DNA from: the human T2T-CHM13v2.0 reference genome, Homo sapiens
NCBI RefSeq assembly: GCF_009914755.1
Contig: NC_060932.1
Direction: 5' to 3' (one strand)
Length of the DNA stretch: 64,000 bases
Shown piece after piece: positions 41,904-56,200 of this stretch; position 1 is the first letter of the stretch, and every line of letters begins with the position of its first letter. The position numbers and the translations under genes were made by a program. The notes under the pieces were generated by a model that was not told where the DNA came from, did no database searches, and saw only the letters and a list, made by a program, of their open reading frames with translations.

Positions 41904-44289
41904 CCTATGCTGAAAAAGGAAATATCTACCTATAGAAACTAGACAGAAGCATTCTGAGAATCACGTTTGTGATGTGGGTACTCAACTAACAGTGTTGATC
42001 CATTCTTTTGATACAGCAGTTTTGAACCACACTTTTTGTAGAATCTGCAAGTGGATATTTGGATAGCTGTGAGGATTTCGTTGGAAACGGGAATGTCTTC
42101 ATAGAAAATTTAGACAGAAGCATTCTCAGAACCTTGATTGTGATGTGTGTTCTCCACTAACAGAGTTGAACCTTTCTTTTGACAGAACTGTTCTGAAACA
42201 TTCTTTTTGTAGAATCTGGAAGTGGATATTTGGAAAGCTTTGAGGATTTCGTTGGAAACGGGAATATCTTCAAATAAAATCTAGCCAGAAGCATTCTAAG
42301 AAACATCTTAGGGATGTTTACATTCAAGTCACAGAGTTGAACATTCCCTTTCACAGAGCAGGTTTGAAACAATCTTCTCGTACTATCTGGCAGTGGACAT
42401 TTTGAGCTCCTTGGGGCCTATGCTGAAAAAGGAAATATCTTCCGACAAAAACTAGACAGAAGCATTCGCAGAATCACGTTTGTGATGTGTGCACTCAACT
42501 GTCAGAATTGAACCTTGGTTTGGACAGAGCACTTTTGAAACACTCTTTTTGTAGAATCTGCAGGTGGATATTTGGCTAGCTTTGAGGATTTCGTTGGAAA
42601 CGGTAATGTCTTCAAAGAAAATCTAGACAGAAGCATTCTCAGAAACACCTTCGTGATGTTTGCAATCAAGTCACAGAGTTGAACCTTCCGTTTCATAGAG
42701 CAGGTTGGAAACACTCTTTTTGTAGTATCTGGAAGTGGACATTTGGAGGGCTTTGTAGCCTATCTGGAAAAAGGAAATATCTTCCCATGAATGCGAGATA
42801 GAAGTAATCTCAGAAACATGTTTATGCTGTATCTACTCAACTAACTGTGCTGAACATTTCTATTGATAGAGCAGTTTTGAGACACTCTTCTTTTGGAATC
42901 TGCAAGTGGATATTTGGATAGATTTGAGGATTTCGTTGGAAACGGGATTATATATCAAAAGTAGACAGCAGCATTCTCAGAAACTTCTTTGTGATGTTTG
43001 CATCCAGCTCTCAGAGTTGAACATTCCCTTTCATAGAGTAGGTTTGAAACCCTCTTTTTATAGTGTCTGGAAGCGGGCATTTGGAGCGCTTTCAGGCCTA
43101 TGCTGAAAAAGGAAATATCTACCTATAGAAACTAGACAGAAGCATTCTGAGAATCACGTTTGTGATGTGGGTACTCAACTAACAGTGTTGATCCATTCTT
43201 TTGATACAGCAGTTTTGAACCACACTTTTTGTAGAATCTGCAAGTGGATATTTGGATAGCTGTGAGGATTTCGTTGGAAACGGGAATGTCTTCATAGAAA
43301 ATTTAGACAGAAGCATTCTCAGAACCTTGATTGTGATGTGTGTTCTCCACTAACAGAGTTGAACCTTTCTTTTGACAGAACTGTTCTGAAACATTCTTTT
43401 TATAGAATCTGGAAGTGGATATTTGGAAAGCTTTGAGGATTTCGTTGGAAACGGGAATATCTTCAAATCAAATCTAGCCAGAAGCATTCTAAGAAACATC
43501 TTAGGGATGTTTACATTCAAGTCACAGAGTTGAACATTCCCTTTCACAGAGCAGGTTTGAAACAATCTTCTCGTACTATCTGGCAGTGGACATTTTGAGC
43601 TCCTTGGGGCCTATGCTGAAAAAGGAAATATCTTCCGACAAAAACTAGACAGAAGCATTCGCAGAATCACGTTTGTGATGTGTGCACTCAACTGTCAGAA
43701 TTGAACCTTGGTTTGGACAGAGCACTTTTGAAACACTCTTTTTGTAGAATCTGCAGGTGGATATTTGGCTAGCTTTGAGGATTTCGTTGGAAACGGTAAT
43801 GTCTTCAAAGAAAATCTAGACAGAAGCATTCTCAGAAACACCTTCGTGATGTTTGCAATCAAGTCACAGAGTTGAACCTTCCGTTTCATAGAGCAGGTTG
43901 GAAACACTCTTTCTGTAGTATCTGGAAGTGGACATTTGGAGGGCTTTGTAGCCTATCTGGAAAAAGGAAATATCTTCCCATGAATGCGAGATAGAAGTAA
44001 TCTCAGAAACATGTTTATGCTGTATCTACTCAACTAACTGTGCTGAACATTTCTATTGATAGAGCAGTTTTGAGACACTCTTCTTTTGGAATCTGCAAGT
44101 GGATATTTGGATAGATTTGAGGATTTCGTTGGAAACGGGATTATATATCAAAAGTAGACAGCAGCATTCTCAGAAACTTCTTTGTGATGTTTGCATCCAG
44201 CTCTCAGAGTTGAACATTCCCTTTCATAGAGTAGGTTTGAAACCCTCTTTTTATAGTGTCTGGAAGCGGGCATTTGGAGCGCTTTCAGG
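41904..44289 (+). repeat. Two 7-mer HORs, U35-U36
   Basis: 1193-bp spacing. Confidence 0.95.
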
Positions 44290-47200
44290 CCTATGCTGAA
44301 AAAGGAAATATCTACCTATAGAAACTAGACAGAAGCATTCTGAGAATCACGTTTGTGATGTGGGTACTCAACTAACAGTGTTGATCCATTCTTTTGATAC
44401 AGCAGTTTTGAACCACACTTTTTGTAGAATCTGCAAGTGGATATTTGGATAGCTGTGAGGATTTCGTTGGAAACGGGAATGTCTTCATAGAAAATTTAGA
44501 CAGAAGCATTCTCAGAACCTTGATTGTGATGTGTGTTCTCCACTAACAGAGTTGAACCTTTCTTTTGACAGAACTGTTCTGAAACATTCTTTTTATAGAA
44601 TCTGGAAGTGGATATTTGGAAAGCTTTGAGGATTTCGTTGGAAACGGGAATATCTTCAAATCAAATCTAGCCAGAAGCATTCTAAGAAACATCTTAGGGA
44701 TGTTTACATTCAAGTCACAGAGTTGAACATTCCCTTTCACAGAGCAGGTTTGAAACAATCTTCTCGTACTATCTGGCAGTGGACATTTTGAGCTCCTTGG
44801 GGCCTATGCTGAAAAAGGAAATATCTTCCGACAAAAACTAGACAGAAGCATTCGCAGAATCACGTTTGTGATGTGTGCACTCAACTGTCAGAATTGAACC
44901 TTGGTTTGGACAGAGCACTTTTGAAACACTCTTTTTGTAGAATCTGCAGGTGGATATTTGGCTAGCTTTGAGGATTTCGTTGGAAACGGTAATGTCTTCA
45001 AAGAAAATCTAGACAGAAGCATTCTCAGAAACACCTTCGTGATGTTTGCAATCAAGTCACAGAGTTGAACCTTCCGTTTCATAGAGCAGGTTGGAAACAC
45101 TCTTTTTGTAGTATCTGGAAGTGGACATTTGGAGCGCTTTCAGGCCTATGGTGAAAAAGGAAATATCTTCCCATAAAAACGACATAGAAGCTATCTCAGG
45201 AACTTGTTTATGATGCATCTAATCAACTAACAGTGTTGAACCTTTGTACTGACAGAGCAGTTTGAAACACTCTTTTTTTGGAATCTGCAAGTGGATATTT
45301 GGATCGCTTTGAGGATTTCGTTGGAAACGGGATGCAATATAAAACGTACACAGCAGCATACTCAGAAAATACTTTGCCATATTTCCATTCAAGTCACAGA
45401 GTGGAACATTCCCATTCATAGAGCAGGTTTGAAACACTCTTTTTGGAGTATCTGGAAGTGGACATTTGGAGCGCTTTCTGAACTATGGTGAAAAAGGAAA
45501 TATCTTCCAATGAAAACAAGACAGAAGCATTCTGAGAAACTTATTTGTGATGTGTGTCCTCAACAAACGGACTTGAACCTTTCGTTTCATGCAGTACTTC
45601 TGGAACACTCTTTTTGAAGATTCTGCATGCGGATATTTGGATAGCTTTGAGGATTTCGTTGGAAACGGGCTTACATGTAAAAATTAGACAGCAGCATTCT
45701 CAGAAACTTCTTTGTGGTGTCTGCATTCAAGTCACAGAATTGAACATCCCCTCACATAGAGCAGTTGTGCAGCACTCTATTTGTAGTATCTGGAAGTGGA
45801 CATTTGGAGGGCTTTGTAGCCTATCTGGAAAAAGGAAATATCTTCCCATGAATGCGAGATAGAAGTAATCTCAGAAACATGTTTATGCTGTATCTACTCA
45901 ACTAACTGTGCTGAACATTTCTATTGATAGAGCAGTTTTGAGACACTCTTCTTTTGGAATCTGCAAGTGGATATTTGGATAGATTTGAGGATTTCGTTGG
46001 AAACGGGATTATATATAAAAAGTAGACAGCAGCATTCTCAGAAACTTCTTTGTGATGTTTGCATCCAGCTCTCAGAGTTGAACATTCCCTTTCATAGAGT
46101 AGGTTTGAAACCCTCTTTTTATAGTGTCTGGAAGCGGGCATTTGGAGCGCTTTCAGGCCTATGCTGAAAAAGGAAATATCTACCTATAGAAACTAGACAG
46201 AAGCATTCTGAGAATCACGTTTGTGATGTGGGTACTCAACTAACAGTGTTGATCCATTCTTTTGATACAGCAGTTTTGAACCACACTTTTTGTAGAATCT
46301 GCAAGTGGATATTTGGATAGCTGTGAGGATTTCGTTGGAAACGGGAATGTCTTCATAGAAAATTTAGACAGAAGCATTCTCAGAACCTTGATTGTGATGT
46401 GTGTTCTCCACTAACAGAGTTGAACCTTTCTTTTGACAGAACTGTTCTGAAACATTCTTTTTATAGAATCTGGAAGTGGATATTTGGAAAGCTTTGAGGA
46501 TTTCGTTGGAAACGGGAATATCTTCAAATCAAATCTAGCCAGAAGCATTCTAAGAAACAGCTTAGGGATGTTTACATTCAAGTCACAGAGTTGAACATTC
46601 CCTTTCACAGAGCAGGTTTGAAACAATCTTCTCGTACTATCTGGCAGTGGACATTTTGAGCTCCTTGGGGCCTATGCTGAAAAAGGAAATATCTTCCGAC
46701 AAAAACTAGACAGAAGCATTCGCAGAATCACGTTTGTGATGTGTGCACTCAACTGTCAGAATTGAACCTTGGTTTGGACAGAGCACTTTTGAAACACTCT
46801 TTTTGTAGAATCTGCAGGTGGATATTTGGCTAGCTTTGAGGATTTCGTTGGAAACGGTAATGTCTTCAAAGAAAATCTAGACAGAAGCATTCTCAGAAAC
46901 ACCTTCGTGATGTTTGCAATCAAGTCACAGAGTTGAACCTTCCGTTTCATAGAGCAGGTTGGAAACACTCTTTTTGTAGTATCTGGAAGTGGACATTTGG
47001 AGGGCTTTGTAGCCTATGTGGAAAAAGGAAATATCTTCCCATGAATGCGAGATAGAAGTAATCTCAGAAACATGTTTATGCTGTATCTACTCAACTAACT
47101 GTGCTGAACATTTCTATTGATAGAGCAGTTTTGAGACACTCTTCTTTTGGAATCTGCAAGTGGATATTTGGATAGATTTGAGGATTTCGTTGGAAACGGG

Positions 47201-50200
47201 ATTATATATAAAAAGTAGACAGCAGCATTCTCAGAAACTTCTTTGTGATGTTTGCATCCAGCTCTCAGAGTTGAACATTCCCTTTCATAGAGTAGGTTTG
47301 AAACCCTCTTTTTATAGTGTCTGGAAGCGGGCATTTGGAGCGCTTTCAGGCCTATGCTGAAAAAGGAAATATCTACCTATAGAAACTAGACAGAAGCATT
47401 CTGAGAATCACGTTTGTGATGTGGGTACTCAACTAACAGTGTTGATCCATTCTTTTGATACAGCAGTTTTGAACCACACTTTTTGTAGAATCTGCAAGTG
47501 GATATTTGGATAGCTGTGAGGATTTCGTTGGAAACGGGAATGTCTTCATAGAAAATTTAGACAGAAGCATTCTCAGAACCTTGATTGTGATGTGTGTTCT
47601 CCACTAACAGAGTTGAACCTTTCTTTTGACAGAACTGTTCTGAAACATTCTTTTTATAGAATCTGGAAGTGGATATTTGGAAAGCTTTGAGGATTTCGTT
47701 GGAAACGGGAATATCTTCAAATAAAATCTAGCCAGAAGCATTCTAAGAAACATCTTAGGGATGTTTACATTCAAGTCACAGAGTTGAACATTCCCTTTCA
47801 CAGAGCAGGTTTGAAACAATCTTCTCGTACTATCTGGCAGTGGACATTTTGAGCTCCTTGGGGCCTATGCTGAAAAAGGAAATATCTTCCGACAAAAACT
47901 AGACAGAAGCATTCGCAGAATCACGTTTGTGATGTGTGCACTCAACTGTCAGAATTGAACCTTGGTTTGGACAGAGCACTTTTGAAACACTCTTTTTGTA
48001 GAATCTGCAGGTGGATATTTGGCTAGCTTTGAGGATTTCGTTGGAAACGGTAATGTCTTCAAAGAAAATCTAGACAGAAGCATTCTCAGAAACACCTTCG
48101 TGATGTTTGCAATCAAGTCACAGAGTTGAACCTTCCGTTTCATAGAGCAGGTTGGAAACACTCTTTTTGTAGTATCTGGAAGTGGACATTTGGAGCGCTT
48201 TCAGGCCTATGGTGAAAAAGGAAATATCTTCCCATAAAAACGACATAGAAGCTATCTCAGGAACTTGTTTATGATGCATCTAATCAACTAACAGTGTTGA
48301 ACCTTTGTACTGACAGAGCAGTTTGAAACACTCTTTTTTTGGAATCTGCAAGTGGATATTTGGATCGCTTTGAGGATTTCGTTGGAAACGGGATGCAATA
48401 TAAAACGTACACAGCAGCATACTCAGAAAATACTTTGCCATATTTCCATTCAAGTCACAGAGTGGAACATTCCCATTCATAGAGCAGGTTTGAAACACTC
48501 TTTTTGGAGTATCTGGAAGTGGACATTTGGAGCGCTTTCTGAACTATGGTGAAAAAGGAAATATCTTCCAATGAAAACAAGACAGAAGCATTCTGAGAAA
48601 CTTATTTGTGATGTGTGTCCTCAACAAACGGACTTGAACCTTTCGTTTCATGCAGTACTTCTGGAACACTCTTTTTGAAGATTCTGCATGCGGATATTTG
48701 GATAGCTTTGAGGATTTCGTTGGAAACGGGCTTACATGTAAAAATTAGACAGCAGCATTCTCAGAAACTTCTTTGTGGTGTCTGCATTCAAGTCACAGAA
48801 TTGAACATCCCCTCACATAGAGCAGTTGTGCAGCACTCTATTTGTAGTATCTGGAAGTGGACATTTGGAGGGCTTTGTAGCCTATCTGGAAAAAGGAAAT
48901 ATCTTCCCATGAATGCGAGATAGAAGTAATCTCAGAAACATGTTTATGCTGTATCTACTCAACTAACTGTGCTGAACATTTCTATTGATAGAGCAGTTTT
49001 GAGACACTCTTCTTTTGGAATCTGCAAGTGGATATTTGGATAGATTTGAGGATTTCGTTGGAAACGGGATTATATATCAAAAGTAGACAGCAGCATTCTC
49101 AGAAACTTCTTTGTGATGTTTGCATCCAGCTCTCAGAGTTGAACATTCCCTTTCATAGAGTAGGTTTGAAACCCTCTTTTTATAGTGTCTGGAAGCGGGC
49201 ATTTGGAGCGCTTTCAGGCCTATGCTGAAAAAGGAAATATCTACCTATAGAAACTAGACAGAAGCATTCTGAGAATCACGTTTGTGATGTGGGTACTCAA
49301 CTAACAGTGTTGATCCATTCTTTTGATACAGCAGTTTTGAACCACACTTTTTGTAGAATCTGCAAGTGGATATTTGGATAGCTGTGAGGATTTCGTTGGA
49401 AACGGGAATGTCTTCATAGAAAATTTAGACAGAAGCATTCTCAGAACCTTGATTGTGATGTGTGTTCTCCACTAACAGAGTTGAACCTTTCTTTTGACAG
49501 AACTGTTCTGAAACATTCTTTTTATAGAATCTGGAAGTGGATATTTGGAAAGCTTTGAGGATTTCGTTGGAAACGGGAATATCTTCAAATCAAATCTAGC
49601 CAGAAGCATTCTAAGAAACATCTTAGGGATGTTTACATTCAAGTCACAGAGTTGAACATTCCCTTTCACAGAGCAGGTTTGAAACAATCTTCTCGTACTA
49701 TCTGGCAGTGGACATTTTGAGCTCCTTGGGGCCTATGCTGAAAAAGGAAATATCTTCCGACAAAAACTAGACAGAAGCATTCGCAGAATCACGTTTGTGA
49801 TGTGTGCACTCAACTGTCAGAATTGAACCTTGGTTTGGACAGAGCACTTTTGAAACACTCTTTTTGTAGAATCTGCAGGTGGATATTTGGCTAGCTTTGA
49901 GGATTTCGTTGGAAACGGTAATGTCTTCAAAGAAAATCTAGACAGAAGCATTCTCAGAAACACCTTCGTGATGTTTGCAATCAAGTCACAGAGTTGAACC
50001 TTCCGTTTCATAGAGCAGGTTGGAAACACTCTTTTTGTAGTATCTGGAAGTGGACATTTGGAGCGCTTTCAGGCCTATGGTGAAAAAGGAAATATCTTCC
50101 CATAAAAACGACATAGAAGCTATCTCAGGAACTTGTTTATGATGCATCTAATCAACTAACAGTGTTGAACCTTTGTACTGACAGAGCAGTTTGAAACACT

Positions 50201-53200
50201 CTTTTTTTGGAATCTGCAAGTGGATATTTGGATCGCTTTGAGGATTTCGTTGGAAACGGGATGCAATATAAAACGTACACAGCAGCATACTCAGAAAATA
50301 CTTTGCCATATTTCCATTCAAGTCACAGAGTGGAACATTCCCATTCATAGAGCAGGTTTGAAACACTCTTTTTGGAGTATCTGGAAGTGGACATTTGGAG
50401 CGCTTTCTGAACTATGGTGAAAAAGGAAATATCTTCCAATGAAAACAAGACAGAAGCATTCTGAGAAACTTATTTGTGATGTGTGTCCTCAACAAACGGA
50501 CTTGAACCTTTCGTTTCATGCAGTACTTCTGGAACACTCTTTTTGAAGATTCTGCATGCGGATATTTGGATAGCTTTGAGGATTTCGTTGGAAACGGGCT
50601 TACATGTAAAAATTAGACAGCAGCATTCTCAGAAACTTCTTTGTGGTGTCTGCATTCAAGTCACAGAATTGAACATCCCCTCACATAGAGCAGTTGTGCA
50701 GCACTCTATTTGTAGTATCTGGAAGTGGACATTTGGAGGGCTTTGTAGCCTATCTGGAAAAAGGAAATATCTTCCCATGAATGCGAGATAGAAGTAATCT
50801 CAGAAACATGTTTATGCTGTATGTACTCAACTAACTGTGCTGAACATTTCTATTGATAGAGCAGTTTTGAGACACTCTTCTTTTGGAATCTGCAAGTGGA
50901 TATTTGGATAGATTTGAGGATTTCCTTGGAAACGGGATTATATATAAAAAGTAGACAGCAGCATTCTCAGAAACTTCTTTGTGATGTTTGCATCCAGCTC
51001 TCAGAGTTGAACATTCCCTTTCATAGAGTAGGTTTGAAACCCTCTTTTTATAGTGTCTGGAAGCGGGCATTTGGAGCGCTTTCAGGCCTATGCTGAAAAA
51101 GGAAATATCTACCTATAGAAACTAGACAGAAGCATTCTGAGAATCACGTTTGTGATGTGGGTACTCAACTAACAGTGTTGATCCATTCTTTTGATACAGC
51201 AGTTTTGAACCACACTTTTTGTAGAATCTGCAAGTGGATATTTGGATAGCTGTGAGGATTTCGTTGGAAACGGGAATGTCTTCATAGAAAATTTAGACAG
51301 AAGCATTCTCAGAACCTTGATTGTGATGTGTGTTCTCCACTAACAGAGTTGAACCTTTCTTTTGACAGAACTGTTCTGAAACATTCTTTTTATAGAATCT
51401 GGAAGTGGATATTTGGAAAGCTTTGAGGATTTCGTTGGAAACGGGAATATCTTCAAATAAAATCTAGCCAGAAGCATTCTAAGAAACATCTTAGGGATGT
51501 TTACATTCAAGTCACAGAGTTGAACATTCCCTTTCACAGAGCAGGTTTGAAACAATCTTCTCGTACTATCTGGCAGTGGACATTTTGAGCTCCTTGGGGC
51601 CTATGCTGAAAAAGGAAATATCTTCCGACAAAAACTAGACAGAAGCATTCGCAGAATCACGTTTGTGATGTGTGCACTCAACTGTCAGAATTGAACCTTG
51701 GTTTGGACAGAGCACTTTTGAAACACTCTTTTTGTAGAATCTGCAGGTGGATATTTGGCTAGCTTTGAGGATTTCGTTGGAAACGGTAATGTCTTCAAAG
51801 AAAATCTAGACAGAAGCATTCTCAGAAACACCTTCGTGATGTTTGCAATCAAGTCACAGAGTTGAACCTTCCGTTTCATAGAGCAGGTTGGAAACACTCT
51901 TTTTGTAGTATCTGGAAGTGGACATTGGGAGGGCTTTGTAGCCTATGTGGAAAAAGGAAATATCTTCCCATGAATGCGAGATAGAAGTAATCTCAGAAAC
52001 ATGTTTATGCTGTATCTACTCAACTAACTGTGCTGAACATTTCTATTGATAGAGCAGTTTTGAGACACTCTTCTTTTGGAATCTGCAAGTGGATATTTGG
52101 ATAGATTTGAGGATTTCCTTGGAAACGGGATTATACATCAAAAGTAGACAGCAGCATTCTCAGAAACTTCTTTGTGATGTTTGCATCCAGCTCTCAGAGT
52201 TGAACATTCCCTTTCATAGAGTAGGTTTGAAACCCTCTTTTTATAGTGTCTGGAAGCGGGCATTTGGAGCGCTTTCAGGCCTATGCTCAAAAAGGAAATA
52301 TCTACCTATAGAAACTAGACAGAAGCATTCTGAGAATCACGTTTGTGATGTGGGTACTCAACTAACAGTGTTGATCCATTCTTTTGATACAGCAGTTTTG
52401 AACCACACTTTTTGTAGAATCTGCAAGTGGATATTTGGATAGCTGTGAGGATTTCGTTGGAAACGGGAATGTCTTCATAGAAAATTTAGACAGAAGCATT
52501 CTCAGAACCTTGATTGTGATGTGTGTTCTCCACTAACAGAGTTGAACCTTTCTTTTGACAGAACTGTTCTGAAACATTCTTTTTATAGAATCTGGAAGTG
52601 GATATTTGGAAAGCTTTGAGGATTTCGTTGGAAACGGGAATATCTTCAAATCAAATCTAGCCAGAAGCATTCTAAGAAACATCTTAGGGATGTTTACATT
52701 CAAGTCACAGAGTTGAACATTCCCTTTCACAGAGCAGGTTTGAAACAATCTTCTCGTACTATCTGGCAGTGGACATTTTGAGCTCCTTGGGGCCTATGCT
52801 GAAAAAGGAAATATCTTCCGACAAAAACTAGACAGAAGCATTCGCAGAATCACGTTTGTGATGTGTGCACTCAACTGTCAGAATTGAACCTTGGTTTGGA
52901 CAGAGCACTTTTGAAACACTCTTTTTGTAGAATCTGCAGGTGGATATTTGGCTAGCTTTGAGGATTTCGTTGGAAACGGTAATGTCTTCAAAGAAAATCT
53001 AGACAGAAGCATTCTCAGAAACACCTTCGTGATGTTTGCAATCAAGTCACAGAGTTGAACCTTCCGTTTCATAGAGCAGGTTGGAAACACTCTTTTTGTA
53101 GTATCTGGAAGTGGACATTTGGAGCGCTTTCAGGCCTATGGTGAAAAAGGAAATATCTTCCCATAAAAACGACATAGAAGCTATCTCAGGAACTTGTTTA

Positions 53201-56200
53201 TGATGCATCTAATCAACTAACAGTGTTGAACCTTTGTACTGACAGAGCAGTTTGAAACACTCTTTTTTTGGAATCTGCAAGTGGATATTTGGATCGCTTT
53301 GAGGATTTCGTTGGAAACGGGATGCAATATAAAACGTACACAGCAGCATACTCAGAAAATACTTTGCCATATTTCCATTCAAGTCACAGAGTGGAACATT
53401 CCCATTCATAGAGCAGGTTTGAAACACTCTTTTTGGAGTATCTGGAAGTGGACATTTGGAGCGCTTTCTGAACTATGGTGAAAAAGGAAATATCTTCCAA
53501 TGAAAACAAGACAGAAGCATTCTGAGAAACTTATTTGTGATGTGTGTCCTCAACAAACGGACTTGAACCTTTCGTTTCATGCAGTACTTCTGGAACACTC
53601 TTTTTGAAGATTCTGCATGCGGATATTTGGATAGCTTTGAGGATTTCGTTGGAAACGGGCTTACATGTAAAAATTAGACAGCAGCATTCTCAGAAACTTC
53701 TTTGTGGTGTCTGCATTCAAGTCACAGAATTGAACATCCCCTCACATAGAGCAGTTGTGCAGCACTCTATTTGTAGTATCTGGAAGTGGACATTTGGAGG
53801 GCTTTGTAGCCTATCTGGAAAAAGGAAATATCTTCCCATGAATGCGAGATAGAAGTAATCTCAGAAACATGTTTATGCTGTATCTACTCAACTAACTGTG
53901 CTGAACATTTCTATTGATAGAGCAGTTTTGAGACACTCTTCTTTTGGAATCTGCAAGTGGATATTTGGATAGATTTGAGGATTTCGTTGGAAACGGGATT
54001 ATATATCAAAAGTAGACAGCAGCATTCTCAGAAACTTCTTTGTGATGTTTGCATCCAGCTCTCAGAGTTGAACATTCCCTTTCATAGAGTAGGTTTGAAA
54101 CCCTCTTTTTATAGTGTCTGGAAGCGGGCATTTGGAGCGCTTTCAGGCCTATGCTGAAAAAGGAAATATCTACCTATAGAAACTAGACAGAAGCATTCTG
54201 AGAATCACGTTTGTGATGTGGGTACTCAACTAACAGTGTTGATCCATTCTTTTGATACAGCAGTTTTGAACCACACTTTTTGTAGAATCTGCAAGTGGAT
54301 ATTTGGATAGCTGTGAGGATTTCGTTGGAAACGGGAATGTCTTCATAGAAAATTTAGACAGAAGCATTCTCAGAACCTTGATTGTGATGTGTGTTCTCCA
54401 CTAACAGAGTTGAACCTTTCTTTTGACAGAACTGTTCTGAAACATTCTTTTTATAGAATCTGGAAGTGGATATTTGGAAAGCTTTGAGGATTTCGTTGGA
54501 AACGGGAATATCTTCAAATAAAATCTAGCCAGAAGCATTCTAAGAAACATCTTAGGGATGTTTACATTCAAGTCACAGAGTTGAACATTCCCTTTCACAG
54601 AGCAGGTTTGAAACAATCTTCTCGTACTATCTGGCAGTGGACATTTTGAGCTCCTTGGGGCCTATGCTGAAAAAGGAAATATCTTCCGACAAAAACTAGA
54701 CAGAAGCATTCGCAGAATCACGTTTGTGATGTGTGCACTCAACTGTCAGAATTGAACCTTGGTTTGGACAGAGCACTTTTGAAACACTCTTTTTGTAGAA
54801 TCTGCAGGTGGATATTTGGCTAGCTTTGAGGATTTCGTTGGAAACGGTAATGTCTTCAAAGAAAATCTAGACAGAAGCATTCTCAGAAACACCTTCGTGA
54901 TGTTTGCAATCAAGTCACAGAGTTGAACCTTCCGTTTCATAGAGCAGGTTGGAAACACTCTTTTTGTAGTATCTGGAAGTGGACATTGGGAGGGCTTTGT
55001 AGCCTATGTGGAAAAAGGAAATATCTTCCCATGAATGCGAGATAGAAGTAATCTCAGAAACATGTTTATGCTGTATCTACTCAACTAACTGTGCTGAACA
55101 TTTCTATTGATAGAGCAGTTTTGAGACACTCTTCTTTTGGAATCTGCAAGTGGATATTTGGATAGATTTGAGGATTTCGTTGGAAACGGGATTATATATA
55201 AAAAGTAGACAGCAGCATTCTCAGAAACTTCTTTGTGATGTTTGCATCCAGCTCTCAGAGTTGAACATTCCCTTTCATAGAGTAGGTTTGAAACCCTCTT
55301 TTTATAGTGTCTGGAAGCGGGCATTTGGAGCGCTTTCAGGCCTATGCTGAAAAAGGAAATATCTACCTATAGAAACTAGACAGAAGCATTCTGAGAATCA
55401 CGTTTGTGATGTGGGTACTCAACTAACAGTGTTGATCCATTCTTTTGATACAGCAGTTTTGAACCACACTTTTTGTAGAATCTGCAAGTGGATATTTGGA
55501 TAGCTGTGAGGATTTCGTTGGAAACGGGAATGTCTTCATAGAAAATTTAGACAGAAGCATTCTCAGAACCTTGATTGTGATGTGTGTTCTCCACTAACAG
55601 AGTTGAACCTTTCTTTTGACAGAACTGTTCTGAAACATTCTTTTTATAGAATCTGGAAGTGGATATTTGGAAAGCTTTGAGGATTTCGTTGGAAACGGGA
55701 ATATCTTCAAATCAAATCTAGCCAGAAGCATTCTAAGAAACATCTTAGGGATGTTTACATTCAAGTCACAGAGTTGAACATTCCCTTTCACAGAGCAGGT
55801 TTGAAACAATCTTCTCGTACTATCTGGCAGTGGACATTTTGAGCTCCTTGGGGCCTATGCTGAAAAAGGAAATATCTTCCGACAAAAACTAGACAGAAGC
55901 ATTCGCAGAATCACGTTTGTGATGTGTGCACTCAACTGTCAGAATTGAACCTTGGTTTGGACAGAGCACTTTTGAAACACTCTTTTTGTAGAATCTGCAG
56001 GTGGATATTTGGCTAGCTTTGAGGATTTCGTTGGAAACGGTAATGTCTTCAAAGAAAATCTAGACAGAAGCATTCTCAGAAACACCTTCGTGATGTTTGC
56101 AATCAAGTCACAGAGTTGAACCTTCCGTTTCATAGAGCAGGTTGGAAACACTCTTTTTGTAGTATCTGGAAGTGGACATTTGGAGCGCTTTCAGGCCTAT

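Noticed and set aside
52089-52442. Unique longer 117-aa ORF
   Set aside because: Caused by a single TGA>TCA change at 52288 giving read-through into the next monomer; not evidence of a gene.
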